From a virus, in the IMG/VR virus record IMGVR_UViG_3300042893_001581, positions 1 through 64,000 of that record: a DNA stretch of 64,000 nt; one strand, written 5' to 3'. A model generated the notes under the pieces. That model was not told where the DNA came from, did no database searches, and saw nothing but the letters and a program-made list of their open reading frames with translations. Both the position numbers and the translations under genes were made by a program. Of this stretch, positions 28,763 to 37,860 are shown one piece after another; positions within the stretch are counted from its first letter, which is position 1, and every line of letters begins with the position of its first letter.

Positions 28763-29008
28763 TCAATCAACAAAATCTTCTTTGGTAAGTACTTTCCTTA
28801 AAGGCCTAGATAATTCTAGCCATCTATCATAATCGTACTTGACTCCAAACAAATAGTATTCGTCTTGCTTATTATGTCCTTTAGAGTAAAGGATAGCAGG
28901 GCCTGTGGCACAGTGTGGTTTTGTAGTCCCTTTTTCGTCTTCGTAGATGTGGATTGTTGTTCCTTCTATAGTGTTTATTGTTCTATAGATTGTATCTTTT
29001 TTTGCCAT
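28763..29008 (-). CDS. Hypothetical protein with its own early-type promoter
   Basis: 81 aa, H..GPA...EYYLFG motif; upstream TTTGTTGTATATTAG. Confidence 0.6.
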   Translation of the reverse strand: MAKKDTIYRTINTIEGTTIHIYEDEKGTTKPHCATGPAILYSKGHNKQDEYYLFGVKYDYDRWLELSRPLRKVLTKEDFVD

Positions 29009-29022
29009 GTTATTAATTTATG

Positions 29023-29057
29023 GCTAATATACAACAAATAATTGAAATAAAAAAATT
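29023..29057 (-). promoter_or_regulatory. Putative early/host-polymerase promoter
   Basis: Minus strand AAATTTTTTTATTTCAATTATTTGTTGTATATTAG is nearly identical to plus strand 42277-42311. Confidence 0.6.
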
Positions 29058-29071
29058 TATTTTAGAATAAA

Positions 29072-30616
29072 TTAAGAAAAATCTACAAGATCCTCCCCTT
29101 CAACATCTACATCTACATTTTCAGGATCTCCTATAAAAAAATTAAGTAAAGATGATAATGAAGATTTTAATTTATTCCATGCACTAGAAAAGAAATTTTT
29201 AATGCTACTAGAATCTATTTCATTAATATCTTCTGGATTATACTGGAGTCCTAAAACTGTAGCATATCCGTACTCTCCGGTTTTTTCTCCTTTACTTTTT
29301 ATAGATCCTGTTTTAAATCTAACATCTACTTTTATTTGTCCTGCTACTTTTTTTGCGTAAGAATCGTTTTTTATTTTAACAAGTTTAGCATTTTCATAAT
29401 TTTTATCTACAGATAAAATATATTCTGCGGTTGCAGGGCTATCTGCTCCAAATTTTTTTTCTCCAGACATTGCTTCAATTACAAATGCTTTTGTAAAAGT
29501 AGGATTATTTTCAAATAAACTTTCTAAAGCAGCCATTGCTTTTTTATTTGCTGCATTTGCTGTATTTAAAGCTTTATCTTCTCCTGTTTTTAGTGATGTT
29601 CTTATATTTCCTTGGGTTCTTCCTCCTTTAGCAAATTTATTTATTTGTTTTAAAATATTTTGAACTTCTTCTGTTTGTATTAACTCTGGGGTTTTTTCTA
29701 ATGCTGCATAAAATGTGGCCTTAGCTTCTTCTTTTACTCCACTCATTAATTGAGACGGTCCTGCTTTTACTGATATTCTCGCACCTCCTATTATTACATC
29801 AGATTTTGATGTCTTATTTTTTGCTTTATAAAAACTCCAAAACTCTGTTAATGGCTCACTAAGTTTACCTGTAGATATAGCATATTCTCCACCGGTTAAA
29901 TTTGTTGCAATAAGAGCTTTTTTTGCTTTATTTATTAAATCTGGGTATTTACTATTTATCTGGTTAACTTCTGAATCACTTACTGCTCCTTTTGGTATTT
30001 TTCTATTATTTATTTTATGCCATGCTATTACTAAAGCCGTTTCAAAAAGAACAGATTTTTTTTGCTCACCTTCTGCTTCCAATACATAATTAGTTAAAAT
30101 ACTCTCTAATATCCTAGACTCTGTCAACTCTTCTCCTCCTGCTTCTGGTGCTGATGTTTCTGCTGGTGGAGTTGGTCCTGCTTCTTCTGAAGGTCCTTCT
30201 GAATCTCTAGTCGCTTGTTCTGCTCCATCAGGTCCTTTAGTCTTTAAAGGATTACCAAACCTAAGAAGCCTTGATATTGCAATCATGCATCTTTCTTTCT
30301 CACCAATAGACATTAAATAGTATTTTCTTCCTTCTACAGTTGCTTCATAAGCTTTACCCATGAACTGTAAGAATAAGAATTGACCATTATGTAGAACAAC
30401 TTTAAATGTTGTTGGCTTAGGAGCAACTACATATATACCAGTTATATATTCTTCAAATGAAGGAGTCATAAGATACTCAAGAGTGTTCTTAAGTCCTGCA
30501 TACTTCTTCAATATGAACTGCATAGGATCATCCTCAAACGTAGAAGTTTCAGGCTCCATCCTATCTAACTCTTGTAAGAGTATAGTCTTTAATATATCTT
30601 GGTTACTCACTGGCAT
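29072..30616 (-). CDS. Two-domain leader-bearing protein; C-terminal domain possibly PD-(D/E)xK-like
   Basis: Leader ...ILKTILLQE; linker ELTESRILESILTNYVLEAE; TSKSDVIIGGARISVK motif. Confidence 0.45.
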   Translation of the reverse strand: MPVSNQDILKTILLQELDRMEPETSTFEDDPMQFILKKYAGLKNTLEYLMTPSFEEYITGIYVVAPKPTTFKVVLHNGQFLFLQFMGKAYEATVEGRKYYLMSIGEKERCMIAISRLLRFGNPLKTKGPDGAEQATRDSEGPSEEAGPTPPAETSAPEAGGEELTESRILESILTNYVLEAEGEQKKSVLFETALVIAWHKINNRKIPKGAVSDSEVNQINSKYPDLINKAKKALIATNLTGGEYAISTGKLSEPLTEFWSFYKAKNKTSKSDVIIGGARISVKAGPSQLMSGVKEEAKATFYAALEKTPELIQTEEVQNILKQINKFAKGGRTQGNIRTSLKTGEDKALNTANAANKKAMAALESLFENNPTFTKAFVIEAMSGEKKFGADSPATAEYILSVDKNYENAKLVKIKNDSYAKKVAGQIKVDVRFKTGSIKSKGEKTGEYGYATVLGLQYNPEDINEIDSSSIKNFFSSAWNKLKSSLSSLLNFFIGDPENVDVDVEGEDLVDFS

Positions 30617-30619
30617 TAT

Positions 30620-31255
30620 TTATTTTGCTTTTTTACGCTTGATAACACTTTCCATCATAGATTTAAGAGCCATGTCTAAATCTTCTGCATCACCTGCAGG
30701 TACTTCTTGTGTACCATCTGGAAGTTCATCCATATCATGCTCACCGTTATGATATTCATGATAATTCTTTGAAGCCTGATTAATAAAGTTTTCTGCATTA
30801 GTAATATGATCTTGTATCCAAGCTGGAATATCTTTTTCATCTTGGCCTAACATATTCATCAATTGACTTGCTGAGCTTATAATAGACTTAAGACTATTTT
30901 GAGCCATTGATACTTCATGATCTTGACCTTCAGATTCCTTCATGTACTTTGATTTTCTCATAAAATCTCTTTGTGCGTCAGCTTTGGATTCAAACCCATC
31001 ATTTGATTTTTGACTTTTTCCTGATTTAGGATTCCATGTCCAATAGTATTTATCACCTTCTTTTTCAATCTTTAAAGTTCCTCCACCACTATCATCATCT
31101 TCTTCTTCGTTTTTAGCACGAAGTGCTGCAAAGTCTGCAGCAGTAATTTTATCTTTAGGTTCGGCAGCTCCTGCTATTCTCTCTTGATTTCCAGGAAGAT
31201 CTTTTTCATTTAACTCTTTCATTAAAAGAGCTTTAAAGAATGAAATGTTAGTCAT
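30620..31255 (-). CDS. Putative internal head protein (start revised to MTNISFFKALLMKE)
   Basis: ATG at 31255 directly follows the upstream stop; modules delimited by LNE/MKE. Confidence 0.6.
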   Translation of the reverse strand: MTNISFFKALLMKELNEKDLPGNQERIAGAAEPKDKITAADFAALRAKNEEEDDDSGGGTLKIEKEGDKYYWTWNPKSGKSQKSNDGFESKADAQRDFMRKSKYMKESEGQDHEVSMAQNSLKSIISSASQLMNMLGQDEKDIPAWIQDHITNAENFINQASKNYHEYHNGEHDMDELPDGTQEVPAGDAEDLDMALKSMMESVIKRKKAK

Positions 31256-31256
31256 T

Positions 31257-31544
31257 TTATTTTTTCTTTTTAGATTTACTTGCTTTTTTCCATAAACTTT
31301 TATCTGCTTTTCTTGCTCCACCTTTACCTGTTACAAATGAATTTACTCTGCCCATTGCCCATTGGTGTTGACCAACTCCAGGACGGTGTCCTGTTTTCCA
31401 AGCTGCCAAACCTTTAGCATAAACACTTTTAAGTATTGATTTAGATATACCAGTAGACTTTGCTTTGTTTGCTAGTGCTTTTTCTATTTCAGCGTCATAC
31501 TCAAGAATGAGTAATTGTTTTAATATATCTAATTTATTGATCAT
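31257..31544 (-). CDS. Basic putative internal head protein (start revised to MINKLDILKQLLILE)
   Basis: Leader followed by a basic domain GLAAWKTGHRPG...WAMGRVNSF. Confidence 0.6.
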   Translation of the reverse strand: MINKLDILKQLLILEYDAEIEKALANKAKSTGISKSILKSVYAKGLAAWKTGHRPGVGQHQWAMGRVNSFVTGKGGARKADKSLWKKASKSKKKK

Positions 31545-31554
31545 TTCTTTTTTT

Positions 31555-31929
31555 TTATCTAATTTCCTTAACACTTTTTTTAGCGTCTTCTAATGAATTA
31601 AATGCTTGTGAAGGATTTCCTGGATTTGCAGTTTGTGTAAAAGTATACACGTAAAATTTACCATCTTTATTTGTAATGGCATAATTTTTTGCAGATCCAA
31701 TTGCTCTAGACACAATATCAACTAAAGGAGACGAACTATCAATATTAAATTTTTTAATAAATTCTTCTTTATTATTAATGTCTGTCCATTTTCCTTCAAA
31801 TGAGGATTTAACTGGTGCTTGATCTCCTCCGGATAAAAATTGGTTTATATCAAATTCATCTAATTGAGATTCCTTAATTATACCAGCTAATTGCTGCATT
31901 CTTTTTACTTCATTTAATTGTTTTTTCAT
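31555..31929 (-). CDS. Putative internal head protein with RMQQLAG leader
   Basis: MKKQLNEVKRMQQLAGIIKESQLDE. Confidence 0.6.
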   Translation of the reverse strand: MKKQLNEVKRMQQLAGIIKESQLDEFDINQFLSGGDQAPVKSSFEGKWTDINNKEEFIKKFNIDSSSPLVDIVSRAIGSAKNYAITNKDGKFYVYTFTQTANPGNPSQAFNSLEDAKKSVKEIR

Positions 31930-32201
31930 TTCTTTTTCTTTTTATCTAGTTTATTTTTAACTATCTCTCTAGTCCTATCCATTTTCCTTGCATAAGCAGG
32001 ATCATCTTTACGGTTAAAATTAGCTTGTTGGTTTAATGAGCCAGTTATTTTGCTCATGTTACCTTTTCTTGTTCTAATCAACCAATTAGCTAACTTTTCT
32101 GCTGGCAACTCTTTAAACTTACCTTTTGCATCTGGTGCATTAGAATGATGAAACTTAAGTCTCTCTTCAACTAACTGTTGTAATAGTTCTTGTAGTTTCA
32201 T
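31926..32201 (-). CDS. Basic putative internal head protein
   Basis: Leader MKLQELLQQLVEE. Confidence 0.6.
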   Translation of the reverse strand: MKLQELLQQLVEERLKFHHSNAPDAKGKFKELPAEKLANWLIRTRKGNMSKITGSLNQQANFNRKDDPAYARKMDRTREIVKNKLDKKKKK

Positions 32202-32734
32202 TACTTTTCTTTTTTACCAAATCTTTTTTCGTAAGCAGAAGTTGCTGCACTCTTCTTAGTCTTGTACTTCTTAGTCTTACCCTTATCTGAATAATCTGCG
32301 TCCCACTTACCATATGCTGAAGGATCATCGGACTTTAACTTTTTTACTCTATCAATTTCTTTTTTCATTGCTGCTGCATCTTTAGTAAGATAAGCAGGAT
32401 TAACCTTATTTTTCTTTTTTGCTTCACTTACTCTAACACAGTTAGGAACCATATTACCTTTTTTTCCTTTTTTCATTGGATTTTTTGGATCTTTTCTATA
32501 TCCTTTCCAACAAGCTTCTTCTAAAGGATTTAAATCTAATTCTTTTTCTATATCGGTAATGTCATCATATCCTAAATATTCTAAATCTTTTTCTAAAGTA
32601 TAAGGGGTTTTTGATACGGCTCTAGATATTTGATCTCTAATTTCAGCATTTCCATTATTAAAAGCCTGTAAAATATTCTGATAGTGAATATCTGTTTTAG
32701 CCATTTCTAATAATATATCTTTAAGCTTTATCAT
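32201..32734 (-). CDS. Modular putative internal head protein
   Basis: Leader MIKLKDILLE; LEEACWKGY...VPNCV module; late promoter motif at 32741-32748. Confidence 0.6.
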   Translation of the reverse strand: MIKLKDILLEMAKTDIHYQNILQAFNNGNAEIRDQISRAVSKTPYTLEKDLEYLGYDDITDIEKELDLNPLEEACWKGYRKDPKNPMKKGKKGNMVPNCVRVSEAKKKNKVNPAYLTKDAAAMKKEIDRVKKLKSDDPSAYGKWDADYSDKGKTKKYKTKKSAATSAYEKRFGKKEK

Positions 32735-32796
32735 ATGAATATAAATATCTGCCTATCAATTAAAGTTGGGAGGTTAATATATCTATCATATTTATA

Positions 32797-33333
32797 CTAC
32801 TTCCAAGTAATTCCATTCCAATATTCAAACCCCTGTAATTTGTTTTTATAGTTGAAAATATCAAAATAATCAGCTATATATAAATACTCATAGTCATTTA
32901 TAAGTTTTTTTAGTAAGTAATAAAATGAAAGAGTTCCATAAGACTTTTTACTTTTTGTTTCATTCATGACAGAGAATAATACTTGATCTTCTATATAGAT
33001 TATCCTACCCCAAAAAAGATCGTCAAAAAAAAAGTCTTCAAATTTTCCGTGATTATAAAGTTGTAGGTCTGGTGGGGTTTCTATTTGTTTGTTTTCTGTA
33101 TGTCCTGATATTTTTATTTTAGATAGTTGATTTTTTCTTTTACTAGAAATTTCTTGTATTTTTAGTCTTGAAGATTGTGTTTGATACCAGTGTTCCTGAT
33201 TATCTTTATAATAAACAATCCATCCATTTTCAAACATGGATTTAGCAGATTCATTTTCTCTTTCAGCTTCTAAATAAATTAGAGGATATTTACCATTATA
33301 AATACTTAAAGAATGATCAAATATTAGTTTCAT
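32797..33333 (-). CDS. Possible aminoacyl-tRNA-protein transferase (ATE/Bpt-like, compact)
   Basis: FENGW...WYQTQSSRL N-terminal part; SYGTLSF...YEYLYI...YKNKLQGFEYWNG.W C-terminal part resembles ATE_C motifs. Confidence 0.4.
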   Translation of the reverse strand: MKLIFDHSLSIYNGKYPLIYLEAERENESAKSMFENGWIVYYKDNQEHWYQTQSSRLKIQEISSKRKNQLSKIKISGHTENKQIETPPDLQLYNHGKFEDFFFDDLFWGRIIYIEDQVLFSVMNETKSKKSYGTLSFYYLLKKLINDYEYLYIADYFDIFNYKNKLQGFEYWNGITWK

Positions 33334-34018
33334 TATCTAATTCATTATATATTTTAGATCTTTCTTTATTTGATTCACCAGATTCTAAGTCAGTATGATC
33401 ATAATTAAAAACATCAGTATCAGGTGTAACCCACCTACTGTTTCTTTCTGCAGTCCAAGAAGTAGTATTATATTTTCTATTTATAACAATATCTTGTTTA
33501 ACTGTAAATGACGGATCATGAATAATTAATCTATTATTAGGTTGTATTGCAAAATTTCCATTATCCATTTGAATAAAATGTCCGCATTTATGTTGAGAAG
33601 GAAATTCACTTAATCCAAAATCTGTATCGCTCATATCATCAGAACTTCCCCAATCTAAGGTAAATAAATATTTTCCTGAATATTGAATTCTTCTTCTTGA
33701 TGTGAACTTACAAGTCTTATTTTTTAATATAGGAAAACAAGTTGCACCTACATGATATGTAAATGAATCCCACAAAACAAGTTCATCTAACTCTTGTTGA
33801 GGAGCATCTTCTTTCCAACAAAAGGCATGAATTGGCATTCTCCACCAGAGTCCACCATCTTCCATCATAAAATGAAATAATGGTGCTTGAGCAGGTATTG
33901 ACGACATGCCAAATATATAGCATGGAAATTTTTTATCAAAAGAATCTTCTTGATTTCTTAGAAAGTTTCCTCTAATAAAAGATTCAACAATTGGGATTGG
34001 GGTATTTAGATATGACAT
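33317..34018 (-). CDS. Hypothetical protein
   Basis: 233-aa globular ORF (WWRMPIHAF, YLFTLDW, HKCGH, GNFAIQPNNR). Confidence 0.65.
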   Translation of the reverse strand: MSYLNTPIPIVESFIRGNFLRNQEDSFDKKFPCYIFGMSSIPAQAPLFHFMMEDGGLWWRMPIHAFCWKEDAPQQELDELVLWDSFTYHVGATCFPILKNKTCKFTSRRRIQYSGKYLFTLDWGSSDDMSDTDFGLSEFPSQHKCGHFIQMDNGNFAIQPNNRLIIHDPSFTVKQDIVINRKYNTTSWTAERNSRWVTPDTDVFNYDHTDLESGESNKERSKIYNELDNETNI

Positions 34019-34043
34019 TTTATAACCTTTTTATAAATTTATA

Positions 34044-34361
34044 TTATTTTTCTCTTATTAATAGTTCACCTAATACTTCTAAACGTCCAACTTCACGTTG
34101 AAATTCAATTTGAGTCATATTTAAGGATATCTTTTTATATGTCTGCTCAAATTCTTTTTTAGCTGCTTCTTTATCAAACTTACCTTCAGTAGCTTTTTTA
34201 TAATATGGAGCTTTAACTTTAAAATGATGCCAAGTTAATAAAGATAATCCACCTTTTTCTTCAGCGGTAGCTGCTATTTTAGCTGCGCCTTTAGCACGTG
34301 TTTGAGCAAAGGTTTCAAAGCTTTCTTTAGCTTCAGTTAACAGTTGAATAAGTTTTATCAT
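34044..34361 (-). CDS. Putative internal head protein
   Basis: Leader MIKLIQLLTE. Confidence 0.6.
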   Translation of the reverse strand: MIKLIQLLTEAKESFETFAQTRAKGAAKIAATAEEKGGLSLLTWHHFKVKAPYYKKATEGKFDKEAAKKEFEQTYKKISLNMTQIEFQREVGRLEVLGELLIREK

Positions 34362-34873
34362 TTGTTTTTATTTTTAACAGGAGCATAACCAGAACCATAC
34401 AGGGCTGCTTTGCCTGATTGTGGATCTGCTGTTTCTTTTACTTTATTTAAACGTTTAGTTTTTTCTTTTGATGCTTCTTTACGAGATTCAATATAATCTA
34501 ATCCATTTTTTAATCTAGCTTTTACTTCAGAGTCTTTAGCTTTACCGTAAGCTGCTCTGACTCTTTGGTGTATTAAATTTATAATCTGTGACTGTCTAGC
34601 ATGTGATTTAGATTTAAATTCACTTTTAGATAGTGTATCTTTTATATCTTTAACTGTTTTAAATTTTACACTAACAGTATCTTTAGGATCTTCATCTGTG
34701 TATAATCTGCGGTCTGATCCCTTTGGCTTTTTACCACTACCTTTTTTAGGATCCGCTTCAGTTATATCAGGATCATTAGTCCAGGTATCAGAAGCTTTGT
34801 ATCTTACTTTTTTAACCATATCGGATCTATATGGCGGATACATTTCTAATAATATATCTAATAGTTTAATCAT
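34358..34873 (-). CDS. Basic putative internal head protein
   Basis: Leader MIKLLDILLE; internal ITE and VKE sites. Confidence 0.6.
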   Translation of the reverse strand: MIKLLDILLEMYPPYRSDMVKKVRYKASDTWTNDPDITEADPKKGSGKKPKGSDRRLYTDEDPKDTVSVKFKTVKDIKDTLSKSEFKSKSHARQSQIINLIHQRVRAAYGKAKDSEVKARLKNGLDYIESRKEASKEKTKRLNKVKETADPQSGKAALYGSGYAPVKNKNK

Positions 34874-34874
34874 A

Positions 34875-35747
34875 TTACCACTTTCTACATGACCAATATC
34901 TAGCTTTCCATCTTGGTCCTGGATTAGTGTCGCAATGATGTCTTGCTCTAAAACTTTTTCTCCTTTCAGGATTATTCTTTTTTATCTTTACTCCTTTCTG
35001 TCCAAAGTTAACTTTAACAACATTTCCTTTGGCATTCTTTACGTACACCTTAAACTTTTTAATATCGCCGGCCATTGGTTTTCCTAGTTGTACTTTTCTA
35101 CCTTTGTACTCTGCTTCTTGTAAAGAGTTAGCATGATCTTTTATATATTCAGCTAAACATTGAGGACAAAATTCTCCCTCATTTAATTCTTCAAGCCCTG
35201 CTTTAATTAGTTTATCGTAGTATTTAGGATCTTCTTTAATATGATCTAAAGCTATTTTTAAAGCTATTTTAGGATCATCAGTATGCTCCATCTCAACTTC
35301 AATACCTTTTTTTATTTGGGAAAGTTTATCTTTATCTATTTTAGATTCTTTTATACCTGCTATGTGTCTACCTTGATACTTATCCTGAAGATAGTTAACC
35401 ATTTTTGCATTCATATTAAAATCAAGCTCTAATTTTTTATCATTAGGTTCTTTATCTATAGCTTTAGCTATTGTTTGCATAAAACCATTTTCTACATTAT
35501 TATCTACAATAGCAGCCATTTTATCATCAATATCAAGACGATCTAACCATGTTTGTGATTTTTGACCGTCTGGTTTTGTAACGGCTGCTTTTATAAACTG
35601 GAATGTTGTTTTTGCTGCGCCATATCCAGGAACAAAATCTAATATTGCATCTACAGCAACTCCAGCTATTTTATCAGTCTTTTGTTTTTTTGCAATAGAT
35701 TGTATAGCTTGTTTTAAATCTCCATATGTCTCAAGATTATTTTCCAC
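34875..35747 (-). CDS. Multi-module putative internal head polyprotein
   Basis: Modules separated by IKE/LEE/LNE/LQE, including GIEVEMEHT...IALDHIKEDPKYY and a basic C-terminal VNFG...SFRARH.C...ARYWSCRKW module. Confidence 0.6.
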   Translation of the reverse strand: MENNLETYGDLKQAIQSIAKKQKTDKIAGVAVDAILDFVPGYGAAKTTFQFIKAAVTKPDGQKSQTWLDRLDIDDKMAAIVDNNVENGFMQTIAKAIDKEPNDKKLELDFNMNAKMVNYLQDKYQGRHIAGIKESKIDKDKLSQIKKGIEVEMEHTDDPKIALKIALDHIKEDPKYYDKLIKAGLEELNEGEFCPQCLAEYIKDHANSLQEAEYKGRKVQLGKPMAGDIKKFKVYVKNAKGNVVKVNFGQKGVKIKKNNPERRKSFRARHHCDTNPGPRWKARYWSCRKW

Positions 35748-36028
35748 TATGGTAAATTTTGAGTCCTAGTATCATATACTTTTAATACCTGTTGTAATGT
35801 TGGAGATATAGATCCTCTTCCTAGGTCATCTAGAATAGCCTTAATTATAGTTGCAAAAGATTGAATTTCTTTAGAATCAGCCCCATTTAATTTAGGTATT
35901 GTAATAGAAGAAAGGTCTCTAAAATATTTTTGTAGTTCAGATTTTGTATCTACTATATTTTTTTCTTTAGGAAGGTCTTCCTCTTTTAAAAGATTAGTTA
36001 CATGCTTTTTAAATTCTGGCGTATTCAT
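35747..36028 (-). CDS. Hypothetical protein with ...NLLKEE leader
   Basis: 93-aa ORF coupled to neighbours. Confidence 0.55.
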   Translation of the reverse strand: MNTPEFKKHVTNLLKEEDLPKEKNIVDTKSELQKYFRDLSSITIPKLNGADSKEIQSFATIIKAILDDLGRGSISPTLQQVLKVYDTRTQNLP

Positions 36029-36390
36029 TATTTTAGGAATTTAAGTTTATACTTAGTAGATTCTAGAAGATTAACTACATTGTCAATCTCATTCTGGATA
36101 TATGAATCTTGTGGAACTTTTGTTCTAATCATTTCTACAAACTTACAAAGACCTTCGAAGTAAAGAATCGCATTATCATCTTCTTTTATCTGATTTGCCA
36201 TTGCATATCCACGAAGAATGCCGTATTTTCCTTGATATGACTCAACTAAACCGTCGATCAAATCTACAATCTCTTCGTAATACTTTTGCAAAGCTTTGTG
36301 AGCGGCAAAAGAGTTTGTCTGTAAATGGTAGATGTGAGCCTGATTACGGCTTTGCATCAATGTTCCTATAAATAAAGCGTATGGTTCCAT
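36028..36390 (-). CDS. Ferritin/Dps-like four-helix protein (start revised to MEPYALF)
   Basis: QAHIYHLQT.SFAAHKAL..YYE.I.DLIDGLVESYQG...YKLKFL. Confidence 0.7.
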   Translation of the reverse strand: MEPYALFIGTLMQSRNQAHIYHLQTNSFAAHKALQKYYEEIVDLIDGLVESYQGKYGILRGYAMANQIKEDDNAILYFEGLCKFVEMIRTKVPQDSYIQNEIDNVVNLLESTKYKLKFLK

Positions 36391-37244
36391 TAGTCTTGTT
36401 TTGGTTGCCATCTAAGCTCACCAGATTTAACATCTGCATCAAATATTTCTTTAGGCCATTGCCATAATTTTCCTTTAAATTTATCAGATTCTAAGTAAAC
36501 CTTATCGCCTTCTATTTTTTGAATTGTTAATACTTGATTATCTTTTTTTACAAATTTATCTCCAACTTTTAAATTATCACCTATATTTAAGCTAGATTCT
36601 TTAATATCTTTTTTTTTATCTTCTTCTTTCTCAACATTTTTCTTGCTCTTTTCAATCTTTTCCATCTTACTCATAAGATCGTCGATTTGAGATGCAAGTT
36701 TAGCAATATGTTCTTTATGTTGAGAAGCATTTTTAGGATCTTCTTTTGCCATATCAACGTGCTCTTTACGCTTCTTTTCAAGATGGTCGATAGTCTTTTT
36801 TAACTTATCTCCAACTTTACCTTTCTTTTCTTCAAGTTGAAAAGATTCGTCCATATATTTTTTGTATGCTTCTGCTGCTATTTCTTGAGCTTGAGAAGCA
36901 TCAGCAGTAACACTTATAACATCTTCCATATTAACATTTAGAGGAGCAAGTCCTTCTAAAGGATTCAATTCTTTAATTAATCCAGCTGCGTCAAGATTAT
37001 CTACAGGTCTAAGAACTACATACATCTTAGTAGGATCATAGTCTTCTTTCTTAACCTTTTTAGGAAGGCCCTTATGTTTAGTTGCAGCGAAGTCTTTTAC
37101 ATCGCCTTTTTTCATTGATTTAGCCATTTCTTTTGCTTTTCCTGATGCTTGTGATGGTTTCATATCTCCTTTTTGAAGGGCACGAACTATGCCCATTAAT
37201 TTTTGTTGTTGTTTAGATGCAGCTTTTTCTGATATATTATGCAT
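36390..37244 (-). CDS. Multi-module putative internal head protein
   Basis: MHNISE, then KAASKQQQKLMG...DFAATKHKGLP (DUF3008-like) module, then LEE/IKE-delimited modules; late promoter motif at 37270-37277. Confidence 0.6.
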   Translation of the reverse strand: MHNISEKAASKQQQKLMGIVRALQKGDMKPSQASGKAKEMAKSMKKGDVKDFAATKHKGLPKKVKKEDYDPTKMYVVLRPVDNLDAAGLIKELNPLEGLAPLNVNMEDVISVTADASQAQEIAAEAYKKYMDESFQLEEKKGKVGDKLKKTIDHLEKKRKEHVDMAKEDPKNASQHKEHIAKLASQIDDLMSKMEKIEKSKKNVEKEEDKKKDIKESSLNIGDNLKVGDKFVKKDNQVLTIQKIEGDKVYLESDKFKGKLWQWPKEIFDADVKSGELRWQPKQD

Positions 37245-37266
37245 TATAATATTCTTTTATAATTTA

Positions 37267-37845
37267 CTAATAAATATCTGTTTTCCTAAACTCCTGTATC
37301 TTTTCTTTGAGCTGTTTATATATATGAGTCTTATCTCCGCCTTGCCAACTTTCAATATCTCCTTGTTCAGTAACAAAAGTATCTTTTTCCTCAAGCCATG
37401 AATCTAAAGCCTGTTCAAACTCTTCAAGGCTAGCATTCTTATTCATATTAAGAATATTCTTCTCATATTGCTCATACTTACCTTCTAGCTTAAGTTTAGC
37501 TTCCATATCAATGACACAGTTCAAACATACTTTGTGTACTGAATACATCTTCTTGTTTAGTTCATTAGCCTTCATAGGCTTCTTACAACTAGGACAAGTA
37601 AGTGGTAAAGATACTAGATGTTTGAACTTATCTAGCTTGGTAATAGACTGTTTGATACCGTTTTTAATGGTCCATTTTTTTCCACCTTCTTCCCAAGTAT
37701 CTCCTTCTTTATGTTCTTCTATTGTAGCTTCCCAACCTCCAAGTACCTGAGTTCTATCACCAGTATTTCCGGTGATAATGTTTCTCATCCTTTGAACTTC
37801 ACTTTTCTTAAACTCTTTTTTTAACGTAGACTCTTTTGGTATCAT
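37267..37845 (-). CDS. Hypothetical protein with CxxC...CxxC zinc finger
   Basis: CPSC...CLNC. Confidence 0.65.
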   Translation of the reverse strand: MIPKESTLKKEFKKSEVQRMRNIITGNTGDRTQVLGGWEATIEEHKEGDTWEEGGKKWTIKNGIKQSITKLDKFKHLVSLPLTCPSCKKPMKANELNKKMYSVHKVCLNCVIDMEAKLKLEGKYEQYEKNILNMNKNASLEEFEQALDSWLEEKDTFVTEQGDIESWQGGDKTHIYKQLKEKIQEFRKTDIY

Positions 37846-37860
37846 AACAGTATTTTTATT

